From an uncultured delta proteobacterium (GTDB lineage: Bacteria > Desulfobacterota > Desulfobacteria > Desulfobacterales > JAFDCJ01): DNA of 64,000 bases. The stretch lies in NCBI GenBank assembly GCA_963769935.1, contig CAVYNY010000018.1:160001-224000 (forward strand), written 5' to 3'. The translations under genes and the position numbers were made by a program. How positions within the stretch are numbered: the first letter of the stretch is position 1; every line of letters begins with the position of its first letter. The notes beneath the pieces were generated by a model that was given only the letters and a program-made list of their open reading frames with translations, was not told where the DNA came from and ran no database searches. Positions 31,823 to 42,797 of the stretch are shown piece by piece.

Positions 31823-32626
31823 TTAGAAGCGCTTGTTAGTGCTTCGAATATAATCTCCGATCCGTTTCATGCGCGCCAGATCTTCGGCAGCAAGGGAGCC
31901 CAGATCCAAGGCTGCCAGCGCTTCCCGCATCTGGCGGATATTGCGGGGACCACACAGGCATACATCCACGGCCGGATTGGTGAGCACAAACCGGTAGCAA
32001 TCACTGGGAGCCGGAACCGGTTCTTCCGGGGGCATCTTTTTAGGGTTTAACAGCTGCCCCCAGCGGGTAGCGGTGTAGGTGACGATCCCCGGCCGATTAT
32101 CACCCTTCAGGTAGGGCAAGGTTTCTTCTTCCGCTCCGCGGTGGGCGGCATTGTAGCGGATGTGAAACAGGTCGAATTGTCCGTCACCTGCCATTTGCGG
32201 AAAAAGGCCGCGATTGTGCCCCGACATCCCCAAAAAGCGGAACAAGCCTTTTTCCTTCAACGACAGCGCCCGCTCTACAAGCTTTTCGACCGGTCGGCGA
32301 TTGTGCCAGCCGAGTATGAGAATATCGGCCTGTTCCAGGCCCATGGAGCGCAGGTTTTTTTTAAAAAAATATTCCATCAGCAAGCCGGACCGCGCGTAGC
32401 TTTGGATGGCGACAACCATCTTATCCCGCCGGCCCTGTCCGCAAAGGTTGCGGATGGCCCGCTGCATGCCGGCTCTGTGCCGTCCGGAGCCCAAATAAAA
32501 ATAATTGCATCCCTTGTCAAACGCCTCCTCGAATGCTTCAGCTGGTGCGCCGTAGCTGGCCGCCAATCCCAACGGCCCGACGTTTAAACCGGTAGCGCCC
32601 AGAATTCGCTCTTCAAATGCCGCCAC
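31823..32626 (-). CDS. Aldo/keto reductase family protein
   Basis: RILGATGL, LGMSGH, RYNAAH; GTG start after RBS agggag. Confidence 0.82.
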   Translation of the reverse strand: MAAFEERILGATGLNVGPLGLAASYGAPAEAFEEAFDKGCNYFYLGSGRHRAGMQRAIRNLCGQGRRDKMVVAIQSYARSGLLMEYFFKKNLRSMGLEQADILILGWHNRRPVEKLVERALSLKEKGLFRFLGMSGHNRGLFPQMAGDGQFDLFHIRYNAAHRGAEEETLPYLKGDNRPGIVTYTATRWGQLLNPKKMPPEEPVPAPSDCYRFVLTNPAVDVCLCGPRNIRQMREALAALDLGSLAAEDLARMKRIGDYIRSTNKRF

Positions 32627-32670
32627 AAACAATCTCCCTGTTACCAAAGGTTTTTCAAAATCTCGGTCTT

Positions 32671-32746
32671 GGAGTAATGAAACGTTGGAGTATTGGAGTA
32701 TTGAAAAAAAGATACCGAACTTTTACCCATTACTCCAGCACTCCGA
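32671..32746. repeat. Octamer-arm hairpin repeat, copy 1
   Basis: ggagtaatg..ggagtattggagtattgaaaaaaaga..cccattactccagcactcc; homologous to 45018-45102. Confidence 0.7.
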
Positions 32747-32769
32747 GTTTAGTTAAAAGCATCAACCTA

Positions 32770-34200
32770 TCAACTATCAACCAGGGCAGGTTCTTTTTTC
32801 GGAAGGACAACCGTAAATGTACTGCCTTTATTCAAAACGCTGGTAACGGTGATGTCTCCCCCATGGGCCCGGGCAATCGCCCGGGCGAAACTGAGACCCA
32901 ACCCGGTGCCGGTCTGAGACCGGCTGGGGTCGCAGCGAAAGAAGCGCTCGAATATATGCGGCATGTCTGCGGCGGATAACCCGATGCCCGTATCTTTAAT
33001 AGTGATCTGAATTGACTGCCGGCCATCCGACCGCCCCGCAATGTTTATTTTCCCTCCCGCAGGCGTATATTTGACGGCATTGTCGAGCAGGTTGGATATC
33101 ATGCGCTGAATCATGCGGATATCCCCGTTGATGAAAAGCCGCTGGGGCGCATCGCAAACGAGGGACAATCCCTCGTTTTCCGCCATGGGCAGAAAAAGCT
33201 CGCAGGCGTCCCGCACCACCCGGGCAACATCCATCTCTTTACTTGCAAACTGACCTAAGCCGGCTTCGGTCTTGGATATAATCAGCATGGTGTTGATCAT
33301 ATCCAGCAGCCGATCACATTCCTCAATGGTATTGCCCGCCATGCCCTCATATTCTTTCAGGGAGGATCCGGTTGTCAGGGATACCTCGGCAATCCCGCGA
33401 ATTCGGGTAATGGGGCTTCTTAGATCGTGGGCGATGCTGTCGTTCATTTCTTTGATCTCGGTCACCAATTTTTGAATGCGATCCAGCATCTGGTTGAAGG
33501 TAATTGCCAGCTGATCAATTTCATCGACCTGCTTTTTAACGGGCACACGTTCATCCAGGCTGCGGTCTGATATCCGGCGAGCCGTCTGGATAACGCTGTC
33601 AACGCCGGCCAGCGCCCGTTTAGCCATAAACCAGCCAACGACTGCAGCGAAAACAAATAATACCCCCATCGTTGTCACAAATATTTTACGAAACGCCTCA
33701 ATAATGCGGGTATGGTTATCCATGGAACGGCCCAGCTGCAGAATCAAGCCGGGTCCGAGGCTGGCATACAGAATACGGACCTTATGCGTGCGATCCGGAA
33801 TACTGATGGAGTCGAAGACGGGTTGGTGATCGGAAAGCAGGCTTTTGATCGCAATTTTGCTTATTCCGATATCGCGCCAATAGGACATATTGGAAGAAGA
33901 AAACAACTGGCCGGTGATGTAGAGAAGCCGGAAAAAAACCTTCCTTTCCCCGCCGGCCTGAGCTTCTAAAAAAGCCTGATGTTTGAGCGCCTCAGCTCCC
34001 TGAGCCGCTAGAATGGACGAGAAGGTTCTGGCCTCGCTTAAAAGATCCTGGTCGGTTTGCTGCCGGATGACGGATGCAATCAGCAAATAAAAAAATAAAA
34101 AGGCCACACAGGCGGAAAGCATGAAAACACTCGCATACCACAAGGTCAGACGAAAGGCCAGGGTATGATAAATTTCATGCAGTCTCTTCTTTAAGGACAT
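32770..34200 (-). CDS. Sensor histidine kinase, CusS/CzcS-like
   Basis: Two TMs, HAMP, H-box IAHDLRSP, NLLDNAVKY, DTGIG and GTGLGL. Confidence 0.93.
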   Translation of the reverse strand: MSLKKRLHEIYHTLAFRLTLWYASVFMLSACVAFLFFYLLIASVIRQQTDQDLLSEARTFSSILAAQGAEALKHQAFLEAQAGGERKVFFRLLYITGQLFSSSNMSYWRDIGISKIAIKSLLSDHQPVFDSISIPDRTHKVRILYASLGPGLILQLGRSMDNHTRIIEAFRKIFVTTMGVLFVFAAVVGWFMAKRALAGVDSVIQTARRISDRSLDERVPVKKQVDEIDQLAITFNQMLDRIQKLVTEIKEMNDSIAHDLRSPITRIRGIAEVSLTTGSSLKEYEGMAGNTIEECDRLLDMINTMLIISKTEAGLGQFASKEMDVARVVRDACELFLPMAENEGLSLVCDAPQRLFINGDIRMIQRMISNLLDNAVKYTPAGGKINIAGRSDGRQSIQITIKDTGIGLSAADMPHIFERFFRCDPSRSQTGTGLGLSFARAIARAHGGDITVTSVLNKGSTFTVVLPKKEPALVDS

Positions 34201-34855
34201 AGCCCACTCCGCGGACGGTGTGAATCAGCCTGGCTGGAAACCCTTTGTCTATTTTTTCCCGCAGCTTGTAAATTCTGGATTCCACCACATTGGTTTGCGG
34301 ATCAAAGTAATAGTCCCAGACATGTTCCATAATCATGGTTTTGGAAACCACCCGCCCGGCATTGCGCATTAAATACTCCAGCAAAGAAAATTCCAGCGGC
34401 TGCAATTCAATCTTTTTGCCCGCACGAAAGACTTCCCGGCTGATCAGGTTCATCGTAATATCGGCTGCCGCGAGTTTGGTGGGCTCCTCCTGGTCGCTGC
34501 TGCGGCGGATCAAGGCCTGCACCCGGGCCAGCAGTTCGGAAAATGCAAACGGCTTGGTTAAATAGTCGTCACCGCCGATCTGCAGGCCTTTAACGCGGTC
34601 ATCCACCGACCCTTTGGCGCTTAAAATGATCACCGGAAATTTTATTTTCCCCCGGCGCATTTCTTCGATCAACGACAGACCGTCCTTTTGCGGAAGCATG
34701 ATATCAATGATACCCGCAGCATAGGGTTCGGTCAAGGCCAGATGCAATCCGTCCACACCGTTGGGGGCATGATCGACGGCAAAACCTTCAGCTTTAAGTC
34801 CCTTGGTGATAAAAGAGGCAATCTTGGTATCGTCTTCCACCAGCAATATTCTCAT
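34175..34855 (-). CDS. OmpR-family response regulator, CusR/CzcR-like
   Basis: LLVEDD, DIMLP, DDYLTKPF and IHTVRGVGY. Confidence 0.94.
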   Translation of the reverse strand: MRILLVEDDTKIASFITKGLKAEGFAVDHAPNGVDGLHLALTEPYAAGIIDIMLPQKDGLSLIEEMRRGKIKFPVIILSAKGSVDDRVKGLQIGGDDYLTKPFAFSELLARVQALIRRSSDQEEPTKLAAADITMNLISREVFRAGKKIELQPLEFSLLEYLMRNAGRVVSKTMIMEHVWDYYFDPQTNVVESRIYKLREKIDKGFPARLIHTVRGVGYVLKEETA

Positions 34856-34870
34856 GGTTTGTCCTTTGTG

Positions 34871-35794
34871 CTAAGCCCGGAGGCGTCCGGTGATGGCAAC
34901 CCAATCTTCTTCGGCAGCCGTCTCTAAAATTTCAAATTTCAATTTTTCCATCGCGGCTGACACAGCATTCTTATTCTCCTGGATAATTCCCGAACCCACA
35001 AAAATTCCGCCGGCAGTGAGCAATCTTGGAATATCGTCCAGCAATTTCAAAACCACATGGGAATAAATATTGGCGACAATAAAATTAAACGACCCGCTGA
35101 TTTGAGCGCCAAGATTGCCGGCCGTCAAAAGGAATGACTGCGGGTCGACGCGGTTTAATTTTAAATTTTCAGCGGCAACACCAAGCGCGACCTCATCTTT
35201 ATCGACACCGCAGAGTCTGCCGGCTCCCAACTTGGCGGCGGCAATCATCAGGATTCCGGAGCCGGTTCCGACATCCAGAAAAGAATCCCCCCGGCTCAGA
35301 TATTTTTCAATCATGTTCAGGCAAAGGGCTGTGGTCGGATGGGTCCCGGTGCCGAAGGCCATGCCGGGATCCAGTTCGATTACAATGTCGTCGGCGGCAG
35401 CCCGATAGTTCCGCCAGGTCGGTTTCACCACCAAACGGGCGCCGATTTTCCGGGGCCAGAAATAGGCTTTCCAGGCCTGGGCCCAGTCTTGCTCATCTAA
35501 TTCGCGATAGCTGATTCGGTAAACAATGTGCAGTTGATGCCTTAACTGCCGCAGCCGTTCCTGCAATATTTTGCAGCGCGCCTCAGTCCGGCCGTCCTGG
35601 TGTATATAACCGGTTACGGCATGCTGCCCGGGCCGGCCGATCGCGTCCTCGGCCCAGTCTTCCTCCGGTTCGATATCCGGATCTTCCACCGCAACTCCCT
35701 GCAGCCCTAAATCGTAAAACACATTGGCTATCAGGTCGGCAGCCAGATCGTTGTCGGTGTGATCAAAAACTATTTTGGCTTCGATCCATTTCAT
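34871..35794 (-). CDS. prmA: Ribosomal protein L11 methyltransferase
   Basis: DPGMAFGTGTHPTT, LDVGTGSGIL and VANI. Confidence 0.95.
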   Translation of the reverse strand: MKWIEAKIVFDHTDNDLAADLIANVFYDLGLQGVAVEDPDIEPEEDWAEDAIGRPGQHAVTGYIHQDGRTEARCKILQERLRQLRHQLHIVYRISYRELDEQDWAQAWKAYFWPRKIGARLVVKPTWRNYRAAADDIVIELDPGMAFGTGTHPTTALCLNMIEKYLSRGDSFLDVGTGSGILMIAAAKLGAGRLCGVDKDEVALGVAAENLKLNRVDPQSFLLTAGNLGAQISGSFNFIVANIYSHVVLKLLDDIPRLLTAGGIFVGSGIIQENKNAVSAAMEKLKFEILETAAEEDWVAITGRLRA

Positions 35795-35875
35795 GATTTT
35801 TCACTAACTATTTGACATTAAAAAATAATAACTATAATTTCAAGGAAATTTAATGAAACAACCGGGGCACTTATA

Positions 35876-36952
35876 TTGAAAAATGAAAAATTAATCGGTG
35901 TCAAAACAACGAAAGTTTATTGTTTGCCGTCCTGTCCGGCCCGAGCACCGCTGCCGCAAAATGTTGTTAGGTTTGATACCGCCGCGCAGGCTGAGCGCAG
36001 CGGTTTTCGCCCCTGCAAACGCTGTTTTCCGGATTTTCCTTACGGCAAATGGCTCGATGAAAATTCGTCGGTCTTATTGATTCCGCCCCGGGAGTTTGAT
36101 TTCTTGCAGTGCCTGAAATTTCTTGCCCGGTCACCCCAGGAGCCCTGCCACCTGGTTGAAAAGAACATCCTTTACAAATTAGAAAAATTTGAAGGGCGGC
36201 CGGTCTTAATCAAAATCCAGGGACGCAACAATAAATTTATTTGCATTGATTTTTTAACCCCCCGCCCCCAAAAATCCATCCGGGCCCGGGTAGCGAAATA
36301 TGTCTGGCATTGGTTCGACCTGGATACCGATCTGAAACCATTCTACCGGATGGCCCAAAAAGATCCGGTGCTGTATAATCTCGTGCAGGATTTTTACGGT
36401 CTCAGGATTTTAACTATTTCAGACCTGTTCGAAGCCGTAAGTTGGGCCATCATGGGACAACACATAAATCTGGCCTTTGCCTACACCCTTAAAAAGCGCT
36501 TTGTGGAATCTTATGGCGAAAAATATTGTTTTGATAAAAAACAATATTACCTATTTCCGACGCCGCAGGTCATTTCACAGCTAACCGTTGGGGAATTAAA
36601 AGGTCTGCAATTCACCGCAAAAAAGTCGGAGTATATCATTGAGCTGGCAATTAAGATGACGGCCGGTGATTTATCCAAAAAAAGTCTGCTCGCTGAAGAC
36701 GGATTTAATACAGCCGGCAGAAGATTAATGCAGTTGAACGGTGTCGGCCAATGGACCGCGGATTATGTCGGCTTACGATGCTTGAGGGACCCGGCCGCGT
36801 TGCCCGTCGGTGATGTCGGTCTGCAAAATGCCGTCAAACAGCAGTTGGGGTTAAACCAAAAACCGACGGCCGAGGACCTCAGCAAATTTTCAGACCGCTG
36901 GCAGAACTGGCAGGCATATGCCACCTTTTACCTGTGGGCCTCCCTGATATAA
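35876..36952 (+). CDS. alkA: Ada metal-binding domain fused to AlkA DNA-3-methyladenine glycosylase
   Basis: YCLPSCPAR and FRPCKRC; HhH-GPD LNGVGQWTA..PVGD. Confidence 0.87.
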   Translation: MKNEKLIGVKTTKVYCLPSCPARAPLPQNVVRFDTAAQAERSGFRPCKRCFPDFPYGKWLDENSSVLLIPPREFDFLQCLKFLARSPQEPCHLVEKNILYKLEKFEGRPVLIKIQGRNNKFICIDFLTPRPQKSIRARVAKYVWHWFDLDTDLKPFYRMAQKDPVLYNLVQDFYGLRILTISDLFEAVSWAIMGQHINLAFAYTLKKRFVESYGEKYCFDKKQYYLFPTPQVISQLTVGELKGLQFTAKKSEYIIELAIKMTAGDLSKKSLLAEDGFNTAGRRLMQLNGVGQWTADYVGLRCLRDPAALPVGDVGLQNAVKQQLGLNQKPTAEDLSKFSDRWQNWQAYATFYLWASLI

Positions 36953-36987
36953 AAAATTCAGCGCCCCAATAAAAATTTTATTCAGAA

Positions 36988-37713
36988 TCACTTGCTTCCG
37001 AAAACCTTCTTGAGCAGATCCGTTACCTGCGCGGCCGGGTCCTGACGGATCTTTTTTTCTTCTTCCGCCAGCATAACAAACAACCCGCTGAGGGACTTGT
37101 CGGTTACGTATTGGTCCAGATCAAAGCTCATGCGGTCGGCGAAAGGGATGGTTTTTATTTTGTCGTCTATCGATTGATAGCTGCGGGTAACGCCGACCTC
37201 GGACATGGCCTGGTGGATAGTGGGTTTAAAAATCTCCTTCAGACGTCCTGAGGTTTTGTCCTGAAAATACTTAGTCGCGGCATTATCCGGGCCATCAAGG
37301 ATCTGGCGGGCATCGGTAAAGGACATCTGCTTGATGGCATCCAAAAAAATGGTTTTGGCCTCCGGAGCTGCGCGCTCTGCCGCTCTGTTCATGCTTAGTT
37401 CAAATTCGTCTACCTGGCTGCCGAAACCGGTAGCCCGCAGGAGACTCTCGACTTTCTTGACATTCTCCGGCAAGGGAATTTTTATCTTTGGATTTTTAAA
37501 ATACCCGTTGGTTTTGGACACGATGGTGACGGCGTTGCCGGTACCGACTTCAAGGGCCTGCTTAAGACCGTCGACGATTTCATTCTCGCTAAGCCCATTT
37601 CCCCCGCCGACTTGTTTGACTGTTTCCTTGAGCCAATCCTGAAATCCGGCCTCAACCGGCGGGCCGTAACTCAATACAAAAAGCAAACTAAAAATAAAAA
37701 TCCTCGATCTCAT
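36988..37713 (-). CDS. DUF4197 family exported protein
   Basis: Signal peptide, GLKQALEVG, MNRAAE and EEKKIRQDP..LLKKVFG. Confidence 0.85.
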   Translation of the reverse strand: MRSRIFIFSLLFVLSYGPPVEAGFQDWLKETVKQVGGGNGLSENEIVDGLKQALEVGTGNAVTIVSKTNGYFKNPKIKIPLPENVKKVESLLRATGFGSQVDEFELSMNRAAERAAPEAKTIFLDAIKQMSFTDARQILDGPDNAATKYFQDKTSGRLKEIFKPTIHQAMSEVGVTRSYQSIDDKIKTIPFADRMSFDLDQYVTDKSLSGLFVMLAEEEKKIRQDPAAQVTDLLKKVFGSK

Positions 37714-37936
37714 ATGGCCTCCCGCCTGTTAAAATATAATATACCGCAGTCCTATTCTGAAGAAATTTTCCGGTAAAAACCTGTCAGGCCATTATAATAA
37801 GCATGATAAATTCCAAGACAATTTGTCAGGCCGGATTCCGGCGCCGGTCTGCATGACGGCGCCGTGCAGCATCGGCGGACGCTCGGCACTGCAGGTGTGG
37901 AGAGAATAGATCCGGCGGCAGGCAACGGGTAGATAT

Positions 37937-38403
37937 TCAAGCAGCGGATAGCTGGTGGATCAAATGAAACATGCTCACCAGCGAACCGCCGTCTACCGAC
38001 AGGTTCTCGCCGGTGACATAGCTCGAATCATCGGAAGCCAGAAAGACCGCGGCTTTGCCGATTTCTTCCGGCTGCCCGTACCGGTTCATTGGAATGCCGC
38101 GGTTCCTGGCCTCGAGAAGCTCCGGAGTTGAATAAATTTCTTTTTGAAGCGGAGTCACTACAGGTCCGGGACTGTCTTTTGAATTAGCCGGCTGACATCC
38201 GTCTTCCGGGACACATCCGCTTCAACCGTCAAGGCCCGGCTCCCCAACTTGCGTATCTTATCGGCAACGGCATCGGCCAAGTTTTTATTTTTCTGATAAT
38301 TGACAACGATATCGGCACCTTCTTCGGCAAATTTCAGGGCAATGCCGCTGCCGATACCTTGGCTTGAACCCGTAACGATTGCCACTTTTCCCTTTAGCTT
38401 CAT
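37937..38403 (-). pseudogene. SDR oxidoreductase with internal deletion
   Basis: N-terminal TGSSQGIG joined out of frame to PGPVVTP..YVTGENLSVDGG; NNAG and YxxxK core missing. Confidence 0.82.
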
Positions 38404-38425
38404 CTTTTGCGCTTTCATAATTAAT

Positions 38426-39748
38426 TTATTTATTATTGCCAAATTTTTCCTTCGGTGGATTGAAATAGCCGAATTTGAGCTTGGGAAATCGGGTCTGGAT
38501 TCCATTTAGCAAATTTTCCATCCCGATGGGATCGCCATGGTCTGCAACCGCATTCATTTTCTTCCAGTATCGAATCGGATCGAAATTCAGGTTGCGCCAT
38601 TGAATCATGTGGATCGGGTATTTTTGCAAAAAGCCGGCCAAGGCGTCGCTTTCAGGGAGGGTGTCGGTAAAGCCCGGGCTGTTGAGATAATTTATAGCGA
38701 CAAATTTCCTGCGCTCCAGTGCAGTTTCGATGCTTTGCAACACATCGGCAAAACGGTAGCCCCGGGGCCGAAAGTAGGCATTATAGCATTTCTCCCGAAC
38801 ACTGTTCAGGCTGACGCGCACGCTGTCCAGTCCTGCGTCGAAAAGTTGTGCCAGAATCTCGGGCCGCCCGCCGTTGGTGTTCATATTAATGGTCCCGTCC
38901 GCCGTTTGTGAGCGAATTTGACGGATGGCCGGTTCAATTGCTTCAGCGGCCAGCAAGGGATCTCCCTCGCACCCCTGGCCGAAACTGACAACGCTTTTTT
39001 TGACGCGCGTGATGTGGGCTAAGGCAACCTGGGCGATTTCTTCCGGGGTCGGCGTGAAGGCGATGCGAGCCTGGCTATGGGAAATGCCGGTATTTTTCTG
39101 CAGCGACAAACACCCCAGACAGCGCGCATTGCACTGTCTGGCAGTCGGCAGCGGTGCTTCATAGCGGCCCAGAAAAAAATTTTTCCCGGCCGGACATCCA
39201 TATTGCAGGGCACATTTTTCTAAATGCCGGCACAATCTATTCGCCGGCAACTGCCGGCGCATTTTTTCCACACCGGCAATTATGTCCTGCGGTTTCATCT
39301 GACGCAGATCCTGGCGCGGCTCCGGGTCCACCAGCACAACGGCTGTTCGAAAAGTGCCCTGGTGCCATCCCACGGCTCCATACGAAAACAGGGGCAGATA
39401 CCCGGCATTGCGGGTCTCCCGGTAAGCACTGATATGGGTTATGACGTAACCGGGAGAATTAAACGCCGCCACCGGAAATAGGGCTTCGCCGGGGGCATGT
39501 GGATTTTCCTGCAAAGTCTCAAATCTGCCGCTCTGCAAATTATACAGGATCGGGTGGCGGTCGGGTAAATACATCAGTTCACTGCCGAACGGCAGATTGC
39601 GGGATGTCTTTGCCTTCAACGGGACCAGTGTTTTGCCGGCCATGCCCACGGATGCGTACCCTTCCAGCTCAAAAATCTCACCGGCCCGGTTAGCCACCAC
39701 AGCGGTCAGCATTGAATTTGATTTTGTGTCTGATTGTCTTTTGACCAC
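38426..39748 (-). CDS. Uncharacterised radical SAM protein
   Basis: CNARCLGC, SFGQGCEGDP and NTNG. Confidence 0.88.
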   Translation of the reverse strand: MVKRQSDTKSNSMLTAVVANRAGEIFELEGYASVGMAGKTLVPLKAKTSRNLPFGSELMYLPDRHPILYNLQSGRFETLQENPHAPGEALFPVAAFNSPGYVITHISAYRETRNAGYLPLFSYGAVGWHQGTFRTAVVLVDPEPRQDLRQMKPQDIIAGVEKMRRQLPANRLCRHLEKCALQYGCPAGKNFFLGRYEAPLPTARQCNARCLGCLSLQKNTGISHSQARIAFTPTPEEIAQVALAHITRVKKSVVSFGQGCEGDPLLAAEAIEPAIRQIRSQTADGTINMNTNGGRPEILAQLFDAGLDSVRVSLNSVREKCYNAYFRPRGYRFADVLQSIETALERRKFVAINYLNSPGFTDTLPESDALAGFLQKYPIHMIQWRNLNFDPIRYWKKMNAVADHGDPIGMENLLNGIQTRFPKLKFGYFNPPKEKFGNNK

Positions 39749-39818
39749 TTAAACTTTAACACCAAAATCTAGGTTTTTAGCCTTCCAGCTTTCTTGCCTC
39801 CCAGCCTCAAGCTTACTC

Positions 39819-42783
39819 TTATAGATAAATCACGCAGCGTTTGCCGCGTCCATCTACTTTCAACACAAACGGCTTGCCAAGGTTAACATGCGCCACAAAT
39901 TCCGTTTCGTCGATTATGGGAAGCGACGTCAGCCAGCTCCAATTCAAAAAATCTTCTTTGGAATTGGTCACCGTGATGTAGTTGATGCCCAGGGTTGAGA
40001 TGTTGTGGAAAAAGTGCGAGCCCTGCGAAGGTTCGGCTTTCAGTTCCGCGGAGGCGGTTTCAACCATGGCGCCGACCCCGCAAATTTCAGCCCATCTTAC
40101 CGGAATTCCCAGCCAGCGGTCGGCCGACCCCCACCTGCCCGGACCTATAAGAAGGTATTTTTTTCCTTCCCGCAGCAGGCCGGCGTTGAGCACACCGATC
40201 TCACGTGCAATATCCGGTGTGCGGACGGCATCGAAGGCAGCCGGTTTTACGTAGATGATGTCCGCCATATCGGTTTTCTCAGCGTTGCCTAGAGCATGGA
40301 AGGAACGGCAAAATGCACGGGCAGCTTCGGCCTCGCTGATTTCCACCTGCCCGAGTTCCGCCCGGGCGGTCATCGGCCTGAGCTGCAGGAGGGCGAATTC
40401 CGGCCTGCGTTCGGGATCGGACGGCCAGTTGACCGAAAATTCAAGCTCTACCGGACACCCCATGCCTTCCTCACCGATTTTCAATACATCGGAAAGCAGG
40501 TCGGCCAGCGGAAACGAATCATATTTTAATACCTGGGCAAAGGTCAGCACCCGGAATCCGGGAATGCTGGTGGTATCCCGCATGCGATGCTCTTCCGGAA
40601 TGTAGGTGCTGGCCAGCATTTTCATCGGCGGTTCATCGGCAACATCGTCGACCTCGCGCTTGGCAAGGTTGGCATCCTCATTAATCCCCAGTTCAGGATA
40701 GGGGCCTCCCATTTTCAGTGAAAAGAAGAACCGCTGGGAGTTTTCAAGAATATCATCGACGCTGGTCCGCTGCGGCAGGATCTGCGGATATTTGGGTGAA
40801 AAGCGCAGGGCCTTTTCGCCTTCCATGACGGTCTTGCCCAGCCCAAGGGCAATGGTGGCAATTCCTTCTTCGGGCTGCATTTTAGAAAACGGATAGTAGT
40901 TGTGCGATTGGGCAACCCCTGATATGGCCGGGTAGAAGTAATCACCATATCTTTCGCCGACCAGTTGCTGTATGATAACCGCCATCCGCTCTTCTTCCGT
41001 ACGCTGGCCGACTCGCTGGGAAAAGGCCTTGGGGCTTTGAAAATAAGTGGAAGCGTATACCAGCTTGATGGCATTAATCAACTGATCCAATCTCGTTGCA
41101 GGTTCCGGGTGATCATTGGGCAGCATATATGTGCGGTAAAGACCGGCGTATGCTCGAAATTGGGCGTCTTCCAGCAGGCTGGATGAGCGCACGGCCAGCG
41201 GATACGTTATCTTTGCCAGGTACGCCTGCAGATCGTCGGCGATCCACTGGGGAAAAGCGGCTTTGCGAAACATTTCGGCGACCTCTTCATCGGGGGCCTC
41301 CGATTTGGAAAGCCCCTTCAGATTGTTTTCCTCCACAAAGGCATTAAATCCCTCGGTGGTGATGACCATGGTCTGGGGAATAAAAATGGTGATGTTTTCA
41401 TGTTTTTTATGAATCGCGGGAAGGCGCTGCAGCAGGTTGGATACAAACGCCAGCCCCCGGGCCTTGCCTCCCAGGGACCCCTTGCCGATCTTGAAAAATT
41501 CCGTATCGAGATCAAAATCGCCGGCCTCGAAGTTCACGACGATCCCTTTTTGCCGCCGGCTGCGCCGGGCCTGAATAATGGAGATGAGATATTGCCGATG
41601 ATTTTCGGCATTTTCGAAATCATCACTTCTTATCGGCCTGACCTTGGATGCCAGCATGATTTCAGTGCGGGCAAAGAGCCATCTGGAAATATCGTTGCGG
41701 CTGGTATGATACCGGAAGGATTCTAGCCGGAATTTGTTGCAGCATATTCTCAAGGCCATGGGTGTTGGAAGCACGGGCGATTTCGCGGCCGTCGGGCATC
41801 CGGAAAACGAAATCGCCGAAGCCAAGCTGCTCCAGAAAAAAGGACCGCACCTCGGCAATCAGCGTCGGCGAATTTTTGTCGACAAAAGAGGCCGGAATGG
41901 CGCGTGCTTTGCCGGCGTTGGATGATTCCGAGCTGGTGAGCAGAAGCGGAATGTCGAAACGCTCTTTTTTAATTTTGGAAAGAAACGCCACCCCGGCGTT
42001 ATCGTCGAGTTTGCCGTTGCGCGGAAAGCGCACGTCGGATATTACCCCCAGCACATAAGGCTCATACATCTGGTAGAGGTCCATGGCTTCTTCGAAATTG
42101 CGGCCCACCAGAATTTTCGGGCGGGCGCGCATGGTCAGCAGACGGTGCTCATCGTTGAGCCCTTCCTCTAGAACCGACTGGGTCTGGCTCACCAGCTCGC
42201 GATAAAGCACGGGCAGCAGGATTGATATATAAACCGGCGAATCCTCCACAAAAAGAATCACCCGAATGCCGGCGGATGCCGTATCATGGTCCACATTCAT
42301 CCGGTCCTCCGCACTTTTGACCAGAGAAACAAGAATATCCGTGTCACCGGACCAGACGAACGTGCGGTCAATGCCGGAAGGCTGGGTAAATACCCGGCTG
42401 GATTCGTCGGCGGGCAGCACGCTGTGGGTCAAAAGAATCACCGGCAAATCCGGATCTTTCTTTTTTATTTCCTGGCCCAATACAAAGGCATCCATATCGG
42501 CCAGACGGAGCATGGTGATCACCATATCAAAATTTTTTTCATCCAGGGCGGCCAGTGCTTCTTCCGCCGTAGCAACCCAGGTGAACCGGGGCGGGTTGCT
42601 GAGGTTCAATCCGCGGTATTCATTGATAATCCGTTCGGAGAGGCGGCAGTCTTCCTCCATAATCCAGGCATCATAGGGCGTGGAAACCAGCAGGATGTCC
42701 CTGATTTTCTTGGCCATCAACTCATGAAAAATCTTGAAAGAGGGGTCAAAATCTTCGGCAAAGCTGTCAATTGGAAGCGTCAC
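39819..42783 (-). CDS. Receiver-domain / PEP synthase-PPDK N-terminal domain protein, frameshift near 41728
   Basis: Receiver-like ILFVEDS..ISDVRFP; IGKGSLGGKARG, AVRSSSLLED, FALLQLRP and SQGSHFF. Confidence 0.85.
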
Positions 42784-42797
42784 GTAAAATTTTTCCT

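Noticed and set aside
37752..37940. Small ORF or YkgJ-like remnant (PVACRRIYSLHTC on the minus strand)
   Set aside because: Too short and degenerate to support without a search.
38158..38160. Pyrrolysine TAG readthrough in the SDR
   Set aside because: The C-terminal part is in another frame and the catalytic core is missing.
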